Shown here one piece after another: positions 27,301-40,299 of a DNA stretch of 64,000 bases. The notes under the pieces were generated by a model that saw nothing but the letters and a program-made list of their open reading frames with translations, was not told where the DNA came from and did no database searches. Position numbers and translations under genes: made by a program. Location: the NCBI GenBank assembly GCA_015680685.1, contig MNCI01002813.1:551259-615258 (forward strand). Direction: 5' to 3'. Source of the DNA: Gnetum montanum (lineage: Eukaryota > Plantae > Gnetophyta). Positions within the stretch are counted from its first letter, which is position 1, and the number at the start of each line of letters is the position of its first letter.

Positions 27301-28260
27301 TAAAGTACTCCCGAGCTTGGTAGTGACATTGGGGGGTAGTGTGACCCATAGAGTCACCTGGAGAAACCGGCTGCTGCACATAATAATCGTAAGGATTAGG
27401 CTATCGGTAAGGGTATTGATGTGTTGGATGTGGCATCCCCCATGACTATGGGTATTGCCACTACTGATGTTGTCCAAAGGGCTGTGGAGGCGTTCCACTT
27501 GCGTAATATGTCAAGGGTTGGTGGAACTGCCTTGGGTTACCTTGTGGATAAGGTAACCTTCAGGGTGTTTGCCATTGATTAAGTCTTGGATTTAATGCAT
27601 ACAACCCAGACTCTTGTATATGTGAGATAATTGGGAAACATCCCTTAGGATGATCATAGTAGCAAACCTCACATCCACCATCATTGTCTGAATTAGAACT
27701 TACAGCCTCATCGGAGATAGGAATTTTTCCCTTACCCTTGTTATGTGCAGGGCTTAAGTTTCTCCTCTTGGTTTTGCCTTTGTCACTACCTTGTTCTACC
27801 TTAGACTCATCTACAATTTTTAAGACTGTTTCTATTCTTGAGTCTAAGGAATCCCAAATTTGGTCTACCTTAGCCAATACCTCAGTTGTTAACTTTTGGA
27901 TCGGTAAGGTTCTCCGATTCACCAACTCTTGTGAAGGGAAAGTCTCCCTCAGTTGGGAAAGTCTCCCTTGGGTGCAAGTCCCAAGAGTCCTTCTTGTTTC
28001 ATTCCTTAGCCCATCAAAAATGTGTAAAAAAATTGAAGCAATGTGTAAACTAGGCAAGTAGGTCAAATGTAAATGCATGAACAAATGTAATGTAAGAAAA
28101 AATTAAAAAATGCATGCCCCATGGAGGCAAGGGGTAAGTAGGTGCTTAGCATGTTTTTGGCTGAGGAAAGGTCTTGATTATGTAGTTTCTTCCTAATTGG
28201 GTTTGGATTAGAGGGCGTGCAAGGCTTAAGATCCTCTAGGAGGCTGTTGGCTTCAACCAC
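24396..28260 (-). mobile_element. Internal region of Athila-like element F: gag remnant + protease, no RT/RH/INT
   Basis: ORF 26273-27025: KLTDPGSP..ALLNSSS..IQLELANQSITIPLGLVEN..LADFLVIE..PIIMGRAWLRT matches Athila protease (KLKDPGSF..ALCDLGAS..LQLADRS..P.GIVED..DFVILD..PIILGRPFL.T) with the catalytic D changed to N. gag-like FDGLRNETRRTL in ORF 27560-28084. Confidence 0.8.
26173..26194. repeat. (CA)n microsatellite
   Basis: acacacacacacacacacacac. Confidence 0.95.
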
Positions 28261-31200
28261 TTATTTGGGTATGTTATCCTTAGGTATTGCGTTGCTTGCC
28301 ATAGGTGTACCACCAAGAAACTCCATCTCCGACAGTTGCTCCATGTCTATGTTGTAGGTAGCCGAAGGAGGGGACGTTATCACCATATATGATAAGTTGA
28401 CCACCTTCATATGGAAGGTGGATTTCTTAGTGGATGGGAGAGGAAACAAACTGTAGTTGGGCTAGCCATGGGCTTTCCTAGGATTACGTTGAAGCCTAGC
28501 ATCTTCTCTATAATAGTGAAATTTGATTTGGTTTAAAATTATTCTCCTATCATGAAGGCTAATTTGATTGTACCCCTGATAGCAACATGTGATCCATTGA
28601 AGAATTCCAGATACACAGTTCTCATTAGCCTAATTTCATCTGCCAGGCCTAACTTATCAATGATGGAGTACAGGACTATGTTTGTTGCTACACCATCATC
28701 AACATGCACTTTGCAAATGGTGCATTGCACAACATGTATGCTAATTAACAATGGAGCTATGGTGACCTTCCCTCATTTGGGGTCAACCTTGACTACATCA
28801 TCATGAAATGCTAGGGATGTTAAACTTGATTCTTGTGGTGCAAGGGGTAACATCACTACACGGATGGATGCCCCATTTGTAGGTATGTCCTTTGTAATAG
28901 GAATGAAGGCCAAAATCTAGGCCAATGCTTGATAGTGAGCAAACAAGGTTATAACTAGGTCATACAAGCTCAACATTGTATTTTTTTATTTGAGTGTTTG
29001 TTTCACCTAGGTTAGTATAGCTATGGAGTCCTTGTCATCGACCATTATGTTGACCTTGACTTTCTCCATGTATCTTGAGAGTCAAATCTCTTGTGAAGGG
29101 GACATGGGCTTGGGTTTCTTGGCCCACTTGGGGGTAGGGACCCTAGTGTTTGGTTGTTACTTGCTGGTTATGGCCTTTGCCTCAGCCATGGGGCTTGCAA
29201 GATGCTTGTTCGTCCTCTTGCATTGCCATTTGGTAGGCCTACCTGGGTTACTAATGGGGTTAGCACTTGAAGGAGGAGGGACTAAGATTTTTCCCATTGT
29301 TGGTATTTGGGTAGGTGAGTGGCCATCATGTTATAGCACCCTTATGAAACAATTGGTTTAGGAGTTGTTGTAGGTCCAACTTCTTGTGGCACATTGATGA
29401 TGAAAGGTTGCTTAGTGGTTGTTGTTGCTACGTCATGCTAGTTTAACATCTTAGCAAATGATTGTTGTGGGACCTTGATCACAAAGGATGTTGTGGGTGC
29501 CTAAGTTGGAACTTTGATAACAAAGGGGGGCCTCTTGCTTGTGGAGGCCATAGGGATCCCTATGTTGTTAGGAGGCACACAAATCACAAAAGGTTGTTAT
29601 ATAGGTTTGGACTTGCCACCTTTGGTAATAGAGTTTATGACATAGGGGGAATCATCTATGTTGGATTGGCTCACTTTTTTGAGCACTAGTTTGCCCCATT
29701 CTATCAATCTTTGTAAATCATCCTGCAAAGCATGACAGTTGTTTGTACTATGAACAAATAGTTGGTGGTAGTGAAAATATTGGTCTAGTTGAAAATTTTG
29801 TGGGATTGGGGGCTCATTCAGTATTGCTGAGGTAGGGTTTCTTAGTCATTCATAGTACCTATGATTTTTTTGGCAAGAAATTTTTGATACTTGTTTGTAT
29901 TGAATTTTCCTTACTTTCAAGAGTTGCTCTAGTAGTTTAGAGGGTTCCATCAATAGCGGTGTATACTTTGAATGATCCTTGTACTTAAAGTTGGACCTTG
30001 GGATGGCTCCTACCAATGTAGGTGATTTGGCACCAGAGTTGGTGGCTTCGTGAGCTGGGGCCTTGGGCTGCTTGGTCATTAGGCCTTGATTGGTTCCTTT
30101 TGTGCTTGTGGCCACTATTGCCACTATTGTGTTTTGCTTGCACACATTTTGGTTTCTATAGGCTAGGTAGGCTGGGTGATTACTAGCTTGCACTACCTGC
30201 TCTATGCCCTTCATTTGGGCAAAGGCTTGGCTAAGAGACTTTGAGGCTACGTAATATAGTTTGGATTTTATGAAGTCATTCATTGCCCCCTTGAAGATGG
30301 CCAGTAGGTGTGTCTTTGCTAGGGGTTCACATATTTCACTCAATGTAGCATTCTAGCATTGAAGGAATTTTAGCATGGGTTCTAGGGGCCACTACTTGAC
30401 TTGCATGAGCTAGTTGAGGGTTGCTTTAGGCTTTAGGTTGTACATGAAGCATGTCACAAACTAGCTTATGAGATCCTCCAAAGAAGAGATTGAGGCCTTA
30501 GGTAGCATGCGATATTAGTCTAAGGCCTTGCTAGTGAGTGACATGGGGAACACATGCATGATGGCATGTGGCTAGGATTGAAGGAGTAGGCACTTAGATC
30601 AAAATGTGATCAAGTGTACATAAGGATCCACTTCACTATTGTACTTAGTGAGTTGAGGCAGTAGGAACCTAGTTGGGAGAGTTATAGGTGGTACGGTAGG
30701 ACTTATGGGATCATCTTAGTAGAAGTCCACACCTTGACGATGTCAAAGGAGGTAGCCTTGAGTTGATTGATCTCCTCCATCAAGATTTGGATCAACTAGG
30801 ATGCCTAATCCAAGCTTGGGGATGTGCTAGTTGGTTGCATTGATTGGATTTACGTTGGGTGTATGGAATAGGGTCAGATTGTTGGTTGTGAAGTTTGCCA
30901 ATTTAATGTTGTAGTGGACAAGCATTGCCAATTTAACATCATAGCAGACATGTTTAGTTGATGTGTTGGTTGAGGGATGGGCATGATGATCAAGATGGCC
31001 ACACATAAGTGGGTTGGAAAAATATCATGGGTAACAATGAGACAAGTGAGATGTCGGATGCTTGAATCATTTGAGGCTGGGAGGTGGCCCCTATGTGAGC
31101 ATAGGATTTGGAAAATGCAATGGTAACTTCCAAGGAAGGCTAAACTATCATGGTCTCCATCTCAGAGAGGATAGGTGGATTGAACCACTGAGGGGCTATA

Positions 31201-31609
31201 CTAGGGAGTGGTTGTTGGAAGATAGTGTAGAGGGGGCTCTCGCATTCAGAGTAGGCCTCAAACTCATCTTCTTCCTCTTATGAGGCTTCCTCATAGGTTT
31301 TTCCTACATCATGCTTATTTGTACAAATGAGTTGGGATAGTAGCTAATGGTAGGAATCTGTGAGTGGGATTATGGTGAACAAGGTAGGGTTGTACTCTCA
31401 TCCATAAAAATGGACTTGTTCGTAATCTTGTTTTACCTCTAGGTCAAGGTGATCCACTTGTAATCCTACTTGGAATTTGTCACAAACAAAATTGTATTGT
31501 TCGTGGCTTAGTGCGACATGCTTTGGGTGGATCTTGATTTCAAATGTATTAGACACCAATGTGGAAGGTTGATCTAGATTCATGTTCATAGGTCAAGTTG
31601 TGAGAGTTT

Positions 31610-31945
31610 CTATTTGCAAAAAATGGCTAACTCTAGAAACTATAGAAAAATGACTAAGTCTACTGGTAGTAGAAAAAATGGTTAAGTATAAAAATGTAGA
31701 AAATATGTCTAAGTATAAAAATGTAGAAAAATGGCTAAGTATGGAAATTGCAAAAAATTAACTAAGTATAAAATTGTAGAAAAAATGCTAAGTATGAAAA
31801 TGCAAAAAAAAATGCCAAGTATGAAAGTTGTTGAAAATGGCTAACATTGGTGCTATGCTTGCCATGCTCACTACACTAGAGCTTGCCATGCTTGCTATGC
31901 TAGAGCTTGCCATGCTTGGTATGTTGGAGCTTGCTATGCTCTGAG
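31610..31945 (-). repeat. Leader tandem repeats of copy B (~27-bp aaaaatggctaagtataaaaatgtag units, then gctatgctagagcttgcc units)
   Basis: Directly visible imperfect tandem arrays. Confidence 0.85.
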
Positions 31946-32022
31946 AACTTGTTACACTCCCCAAAGCATCCAAAGTTTTGTTTCAGTGCTAATAAAAAGA
32001 AATGTAGAAGGAAATGGTGAGG

Positions 32023-32039
32023 CCCTCCTTCTGGTGCCA
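32023..32039 (-). promoter_or_regulatory. PBS complementary to tRNA-Asn(GUU) 3' end (TGGCACCAGAAGGAGGG)
   Basis: Plant cytosolic tRNA-Asn ends ...CCCTCCTTCTAGCG-CCA (recalled), giving the ideal PBS TGGCGCTAGAAGGAGGG; 15/17 match. Confidence 0.75.
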
Positions 32040-32954
32040 AAAACTATGATGTCCGAAAACATCAATGGCTGGAACATCGAGAGGTTGATGAGCATATAGC
32101 TTAACCCCAAATCCATGTGAAGTCCATGTTGGGGAATGGAAACAAGGTGCCATGAATGGTCTTTTTGATCAAACAAGGACTTATGTGATGTTAAAATGAT
32201 TGTGTGTGTGAAGGGTTTATACTATGTTACACATGGGCATCGGGTCTAGCTAAGCTAGAGCATAATAGGGTGTCCTAGCTTGAGCATAGTGATACAAATA
32301 TGCAAATACATATGAAAAGGAAAGAAAATACAAGTGTTACATTGAATACCAAAGAGAAATGCTTGAGAAATGCAACATAATTTCAGAAAAATAGTGCACC
32401 ACCCCAATAGGGGAAGTGTGGCTAATTTGAAAATGATCTTAAAAGGTACATAGTGTACAATAGGTGTAGTGGAAACATAGTCATAGTCTTAGTGGTGTTG
32501 GGTCATGAAGTTTGACACTCACTATGATGAACTATGCCTACTAGGTTGGCCACCATGGTGTAGCATGTGGTGTTCTATAGAGATACAATAGAGTTGTGGT
32601 GTACCATGTAGTGTAGAGTTTCAATGGGGTTGTAGTGTACCATGTAGTGTAGGGCTGCCTCTCTGCCGATGTGGTGTTCTCTAGGTCTCATTTTCCCACA
32701 GAGCTAACTACAAAGATGACAAAATGCCAAATGTTAAATGAAATTTTCAACTACCCAACTGGTAAAAAATGGAATTCAACCCCCCAAAACATTAGTATGC
32801 AAGGGTATTTATAGGGCTAGGGTTAGAGAAAAATGTAGATTTGGTGCCACATGATAGTGCGGTAGGTGGGACCATAAGAAAAATTCAAAAGAATTTACAA
32901 TTCTGGAGGTGTCCAAAAAAAGTTCAAAAATTTTCTAACTATGGTAGATATGTT

Positions 32955-33125
32955 TATCCCATGTTATGTGCAGGACATGGGATGTTGGCTACTATGCTCA
33001 TCGCTTAATACATGTGGAACATAGGATGCTAGTTGCTATGCTTATCCCTTGTTACATGTGGGACATGGAACACTGACTGCTATGCTCATCTCATGTTACA
33101 TGCAGGACATGGAACACTGGCTAGG
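32955..33125. repeat. ~40-bp tandem repeat x4 in LTR of copy B
   Basis: Units like gttacatgtgggacatggaacactgactgctatgctcatc. Confidence 0.8.
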
Positions 33126-35899
33126 GATAAGGTGTAGCATGAACACTTAGAATAATTTGGTGAAGACTGTAATCTTTGTTCTTGTTATGCTAGCTATGCT
33201 ATAGAGCATAGTAGGAGGCATGGCCTTAGGGGTTAGTAAATCTACCAAATGCCTCTTCCATGCTAAGCTAGCTTGACAACTTCTAGCTTAACACTTACGC
33301 CAATAAAAAGTCTGCTATGCTAGCTACACTCTAGTATCATAGTAGGTAAAGTGAGAGCATAGAAAAACACTTAGAAAATTTTTTATGTAATTACTATTGA
33401 CACTTAGAAAATTTTTCAAAATAGGCCTTCATGCATGCTATGCTGGCTACGCTAGGGAGCGTAGCACCAACGATTAGAAAAATTTACCAAGTTTTGTCAC
33501 TTAGACAAATATGTAGGAAGGTAAATTTTTTTGACACTTAGAAAAAGTTTGCAAATCTAGTAGTTGGAGTTGAGTACACTCAGCACTTGGAAAAATTTTG
33601 GTAAAGTGCCACCATTTTGACACTTCGGAAAATTTTCTATCGAGATGCCAAGAACTGAAATTTTGTGGTATTTCACCAATGACATGTGGCTTAAATGATG
33701 TAGAAATTTTCTTGACTAGTGTTGCACCACATACTAGTAGTGGCTAAGTACCAAAATTGTTGTTGCTACTGTTCTAGATACAAGTGGCTATGTTTGTGGA
33801 CCAATATTTTGTCTAGATTGGCAATGCATCTAAACTCTAGAGTGTGCATTTCACACTCTTAAAGTGCATGCACCTTGAACACCATGTGAAAATTCATAAT
33901 TTTTTTAAAGAGGTGTTGTGTAAACAATGTATAGGTTGCCACTTAGGGTTAATTCTTGTGCTTTGGTAGGCTATGTTGCCAGGGTAGCCATAGGGGCCAC
34001 TACCAGGACCTATGTCACCATGTAAAGTTGTTTACTCTTGTTAGTAGATGCCATAGAGGAGGGCTAGTTTTAACATGCTTGCTATGGTGGTACAAATTGT
34101 CAATGACCTTGAGGGTTCCACCTCAATTGAGTTATTGCATATGGTGGAGAAAGCATTAAAGAAGGTTAGAAACGAGGAATGCAAGATCTAGAAGACTAAG
34201 TGGTCCACTTTATAAGAGGCATTTCAACGAAAATAGGCTTAGATGAAAGCTTAGTTTAGGAAGAGAGAAAGATTATGAGAGAACATGTGCTTCATGAAGA
34301 GAGCACTTGATCAACATTGATCAATGAGCTAAGGACCCAGGTCAGGGAGGAGTTGTAGCATGAGGAGGAGGAGTGGTAGGAGCATGAGAGGTTGTAGTAG
34401 GTGGCTTAGGAGTAGGAGCAAGAGGAATCAACTTAGTTGCAAAGGCAGGTGGACAAATCCCATGCTCATAATACCTAGACGTGGCTTAGAAAAGGGTGAT
34501 GCCCCTACCTAGTGCTGGATAGTCACCATGATACCATGTGGTTTGCCCTTTTCTAACACATATAAGGAACATCTTTCCAACTCCATATTGATTGGAGAGG
34601 ATCCACTAATGATTATGCTAGGAAGGAAGCTACCTTTAAGGACCTTCAAGAGGTGGCCACCTTTGTAGACTCCAAGCAACATCAAGAGGTGCTAAATGAT
34701 ATCCATAATGAGGAAAATCTTGATTGTATGTGTTAGAATCTACCTAAACATCTATAGTGGGCTTAGCTTCTAGAGGGTCCAAGGACCCCATAGTTTTATT
34801 TGTTATGATTTGTTTATCTTGTTTCATGGTATTGAATTTGGGTGGGGTGGTTCATGGAACCTTGAATTTTTGAGTTCTTGGTTACTAGGCTAGGGGTTTT
34901 CATGTGAATGATTTCTGGAGGGACAAGGGTCTGGCTTATGTTTTTTGGATATTTTGTGGTTGGGGGGAGGGGGGAAGTTGTGGTGGCCTCTCCTCCTCCA
35001 CCATGATGGAAATCATCCTTACTATACAATTCTTCTCTTTAATTTTGTAATATATTCCCAAACATTCTCTCAAAAAAGAACTTTGAAAAAAAAAAGTTGT
35101 ATTAAGGGGATTGCTTCTAGTAACATTGATAACTAAGATACAAATAGAAATGTAAAACAAAATATACCCCATTACTGGTGAATCTTAATTATAAAGCATT
35201 TTCTTTTGGAAAAAGAAAAAAAGAGATTATATATAATAATATTAGAAATAAAAAATATATAAAATTATTTGAAAAAAACCTTTAAAATTATATTGAAAAA
35301 AATGGCTTAATGTTTGTAAAAAATTCCTTTCATAATGCTTATAGTTTTGGCATGTCTCCAATATTTCAAAAAACTTCTACATTCTACAAAGTTATCAATT
35401 AAATGTGAGGAAATGGAATGTCATTTTATATTTTTAGAGTGTGAAGATGTAAGCAAAACATGTAATAAATTAAAATAGAATATGAATGAAAATCAAGTTT
35501 CACCCTTGCTATGATACTATTAGAGTTAAGAATAATATTCTCTTTTGTTGGTTTCCCAAATCATCTCTTTAGAATAAAGAGAATAGTCACCACTACAAAG
35601 TGAGGATTCCCTACATGATATCAAATTGGTCTAAATTCAAATTTTCAACAACCAATATTGTAAAATAATAAAATAATTACTTCAATATGACCATTCAATT
35701 TTCAAATACATAATATTACATGTAATCCATAAATTAATATCAGAACAAGTATGAAAACTTCCCAAGATAATAGTACCATTATATAACTAAATTTAGTATC
35801 TTTACTCTAAGATATTATGATATTAATTTTGACATTTCAAAATACAACTCAATTTTGGTAAAACCTTGAAAATACAATTCATAATTTCACCTTCAAGAT

Positions 35900-37800
35900 A
35901 GTTAACACTCTTTTATCCAAGATAATTTTAGAAAATAAAATCCTAGGCTAGTAAGGAATAGATGCTATTGTAGAGTCAAAGCTAAACAACAAAAATAGTC
36001 ATGTCAATACTATTCTAGAATTCAACAAAAAAAGAAAATATAATTCCTTAAATAGACATCTACTTAAAATTAGACTTAACAAGACATATTCAATAAACTA
36101 ACCATAGCAAATTTCATCTTTTAAAAAAAAATCAAGACTCACATTAGGCTGAAAAGCTTATGGTAGAGCATTTTGTTACCTTTCAAATTTTTTCCCATGC
36201 AGTTTCACCCATATCTAAGGAGAAGAAAGATATGCAAACCTAATTCAACCATCAAAAAAAATTATCAAATCCAACAAACATACAATGTAGCATATAGGAA
36301 ACATATAAATCTCATATACAGTATTGTTTATCATAATTGGCAAAGACAATAATTTGTCCAACTACAAGATAAATGCTCACAAAATAGCCAACAAGAGATA
36401 ATATGTTCACAATTGTAGAAATTTCAAACATTGCTAATCCTTGTCAAAGCTTAAAAGGAAATCAAAATAACTAAATAGATTAATTTTAAAATTATTTGTA
36501 ATGTATATGGGAGTATAATGAAGGAATTTATTCTTGTGCACATTGTCCTGAAAATCTACATGTCCACCTCCATAATTAACGAAACCTGGTAACTTGGCTA
36601 CCATATCATCCCAATTCACTTTGCCTAAGGTTCAAATTTCTTATGAGGTAGTTCCCATCCTAGTTCTCAATCTAAATCTAGTAAATAAGAAATTTCTTTT
36701 ATGAATCTTCCACAGTGCAAATTTTTTTGAAGCTTCATCCATGCTTAACACTTGTTGAAGAATCATAGTTGATTTTTTTATTTATGTGTCATAGTCTTCC
36801 ACATTCTTTCTATAATTCCCTATACCAATCTCTTTCCATGTTCTATTACTTTTGAAAGTCATATGATAGTTGCATCTATCACTTCAAAATCATGCTCTAA
36901 GAGGGACCCAATCTCTTACAAGATAAACACTCTTTGAGGATAACAAGATGGTTGTCAAATACAAAGGCATAGTTACTACAACTAATTTCTTTTATGAATC
37001 TCCCACAATGCAAATTCTTTTGAATCTTCATCCATGCTTAATCAAACTTGTTGTAGAACCATAATTGATTTTGTTATTTATGTATCATATTCTTCCATAT
37101 TCTCTCTATAATGCGCTATATAAATTTTTCTCATGTTCTACTACTTTTGAAATTCATATGATAGTTCCATCTATCACCTTAGAATCATGTTGTAAGAGAG
37201 ACAATCACCACATCCTCCATCCTTAGTTGATTAGGCTATTTTTAACCAACTAATAAGTTAAAATTGATAGGACTTTTTAATCGCTTACAAGATAAACACT
37301 CTTTGATGATGACAAGAGGATTGTAAAATATAGAGGCATAACTACTATAAGAAATTTCACCATAAATTCTCTAATATTAAAATTTTCCAACTAAATTCTC
37401 ATCACGTTTATCATTCCAAAAAATATGAGGTAACAAAGAAAAAGAGTCATAATCTTAAGGGAAGCTTGAAAATTGGAGGGATTGCTTTTTGAGCAACTTT
37501 ACCATTCAAATTTTAGACATCCAAAAAAGTAAATATTTAATATCTACAAAAAAGAAATATTGTTGGCAAAATCGGGTTTCAAATATGTCAAACTTTAGAC
37601 TTCATCATTCACATCTCTAAATCATCTCAAGCTTGTCAAAAGATACAAACTACAAGAGTCAAACATGCTTGGATGACATCTTAAAATTGTTAATTTTTAA
37701 AACTATGTAAATGGATTGCCCTATTCCTAAAAAATGACCTCAAAAATTTGAAATAGTAGAAAAGTAAAAATATTTGGATAGGGCCAAAATTGAATTGATC
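35900..37800 (-). mobile_element. Very decayed L1-like LINE ORF2 (RT and C-terminal region) with internal ~0.3-kb tandem duplication
   Basis: Minus-strand remnants in the expected order: *GNPFT*FL (~37720; RQGDPLSPFL-like), DFANNIS (~37565; FADD-like), KFLIVVMPL (~37350), SWLKIA*STKDGGCG (~37250-37205; AW.KIC.PK..GGLG-like), AWEKI* (~36195). Duplication 36690-36985 vs 36985-37350. Confidence 0.55.
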
Positions 37801-40299
37801 CAATTTCAAAACACTTGGTAAAATTGCATCCATGATTTTAGTGCACTAACGACTTGATTTGATAGGTAAAAGCTACAAATCATTAGCAAATAGGTTCAAA
37901 TATGAATCCATCCAAGATTATTTAAGTGGGCTTTAAATAATGAAAGAAATTTTTCATTCTTGTATGATAAATTATTTATTCTAGAATATCTAATCAAAAA
38001 TTTTTCTACATTATTTTTTGAAGCCCTCATTTGATTTGTTTTGTGCTTCAACTTGCAGTACTTTGTACATTCTTGAAATACAACCATTAAATCAAACTAA
38101 ATCTTGTAATTCTACTTGTATAGGTTGAAGATTAGAATAATTTAGAAGATAGAAGACCAATGGAAGAAAAGGGTTAAGAAGCCCCTAGTAAGTGGACTCT
38201 ACCCAGGTACCACTACAAATTTTTGTGTCTTATGTGCTTTGTGTTTTTTTTTCTTACATCTGTTCTTTTCTAATTGCATCATTACAATTTCATGCACTAT
38301 CATCCTAGCCTATGATTCCATTACAAACTAGGATAGAGGAAAACATATCAAATCATTATGTTTATCATATGGCTAACATGATAAAGGAGGCATGCAATAG
38401 AATCATTAATTTAAGGGTCTACACATTCCAATAGCTATGATATACAAAATTTAATATATTGCACCAATCAAATCCTCTACCTACTCAAAATTCCACTAGA
38501 TTATGACACAAAGGCCAAGTGTTTCAAGCTTCTTATGATTATTTATGAGGTTCTTCAAAGGGATGATCATAGAGCCCCCACTAACTTTATGCACAATTGT
38601 TGGTTCATACATTGCAAGTCTATTAGGAGTTATCTATTCTCATTGTTTTCATTCTTTTTTCTCTTTTTTCCTAGTTTCCTCTCCTTAGCTCATCTAGTTC
38701 TCTTTTTTATTTTACATTTTAATCATGTTCTCATTTCCCATTTAGTTCTTTTTTTTCTTTTACATTTCAATTATGATCTCATCACCTATGGAAGTTTCCC
38801 ATTTTTTAATAGTTTCAATCATGTCATAGTATTTGGAAAGTATTTAATGATATAATTCAATGTTTGAATATAATTATCCCTTTTCTATACAAGGCTATCC
38901 TAGGTTGATACAATCCTTTCCCTTGACTTTGGAAAAAAGTGAAAATATGCACAAACACAATAACTATTGAAAAACACAATCAAACAAATGTACTATCATC
39001 ATTTTAAAAGAGAGCATTAAGGTGCCAGAAAACTAAAAAAGTACTAACCTACCAAAACTTTTTAGCTTACATGGGGAGCATCTACCAATTTTTTTCTCTC
39101 TTATATCTCTAGTTTAAGCAATAAAATCCTTCTGAACATAGTGCAAGAAAAGGTCATTATATCATAACTAACACATACAAATAGCATGTTCAACAAGATG
39201 GTATATGTAAAAATTCTAGTTTCACCATTAAGAAAATACTATCATAAAGAAAGAAAACTTTTAGAATAATTGAATCAAAGTTACAGTCATCAAAACCTTA
39301 AATATAATAATGAAAATATTATGGTTAAAATAAGCCAAATAATTTGATTACTTAACATGTTTAGCAATCTATTTTATCAATTGAGTCACCAATAATCCTA
39401 AACACTCAACATTTATATTCACTATCTATAATAAGGTTAACAAAAGTTCCTCATTCTAAAATGAACGTTAGCATTTTCTATTAACCAAAAGATTCTTCCT
39501 TTCTATTTTCATTTTTCTTTATTAAAAAAATATTCTAAAGTTTTATTTCCTAAAAAACCCATCTATAAATTTTTAGAATATATATTTAGCTTAATGACAA
39601 ATAAAATTAACATATATACAAAGAGGGGTATTTCAATATTTTGCATCGTGATAAGAAAAAGCAAAAAATTCAAAAATTACATTTTTTGTCTCAAAGATAA
39701 ATCATAAAATATGAATCAACATACTTGATTGTCATAGACCATCTATTGACCAACTAGTTCCTAGCCACATTGGATGCATGAATACCATCACATTAGCCCA
39801 ATCTTCTCATGGTGTAGCTTGCATGCATGTAGCTTCACCTAGAACTAGTAGTTGTTCATCATGCCCATGAAATTTTAGATGAGGTACTTAGGCTTTATGT
39901 TGATGGAATCATCCCAACATGGATGGCTACATTCTTGGTATAGAGCAACTCCATAACTTCAATGTCATGCTCCCAAAAGTACCAACACTAGCCCTTATCA
40001 TACCTGGTGGATTTATCTACATAGTTCACCCTACACAAATTCATCTTTGTGTCTTTGAATTTTATCTCTAGATATATGACCTTCATATCTAGATTAATTA
40101 ATTATTTCATTACTTAAAATATTAATTGAAATTACTTAAAATGTTAAAGGCATAAAGGAAATAATTAATCTATTTCAAACTACTGTAAGGTTTATTAGAA
40201 TGATCATCTTTATTATCACACACATCATAGTGCTCAAGTATAATAATTCTTGAATAAAAATATATATACTCTTTAACTTCTACTACAGGCACTTAGAAA

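Larger units (their letters stand above)
28261..33684 (-). mobile_element. Tat/Ogre-like family copy B: 5' LTR (~33684-32047), PBS, leader, gag, protease; 3' part missing
   Basis: LTR start tggtgaaataccacaaaattt resembles D's tgtaatgaaatacccaaaaatt. TATAAATA at 32813-32806. gag HLLAIFKGAMNDFIKSKLYY (ORF 29846-30343). Protease VHVDDGVATNIV (ORF 28539-28751). Confidence 0.88.
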
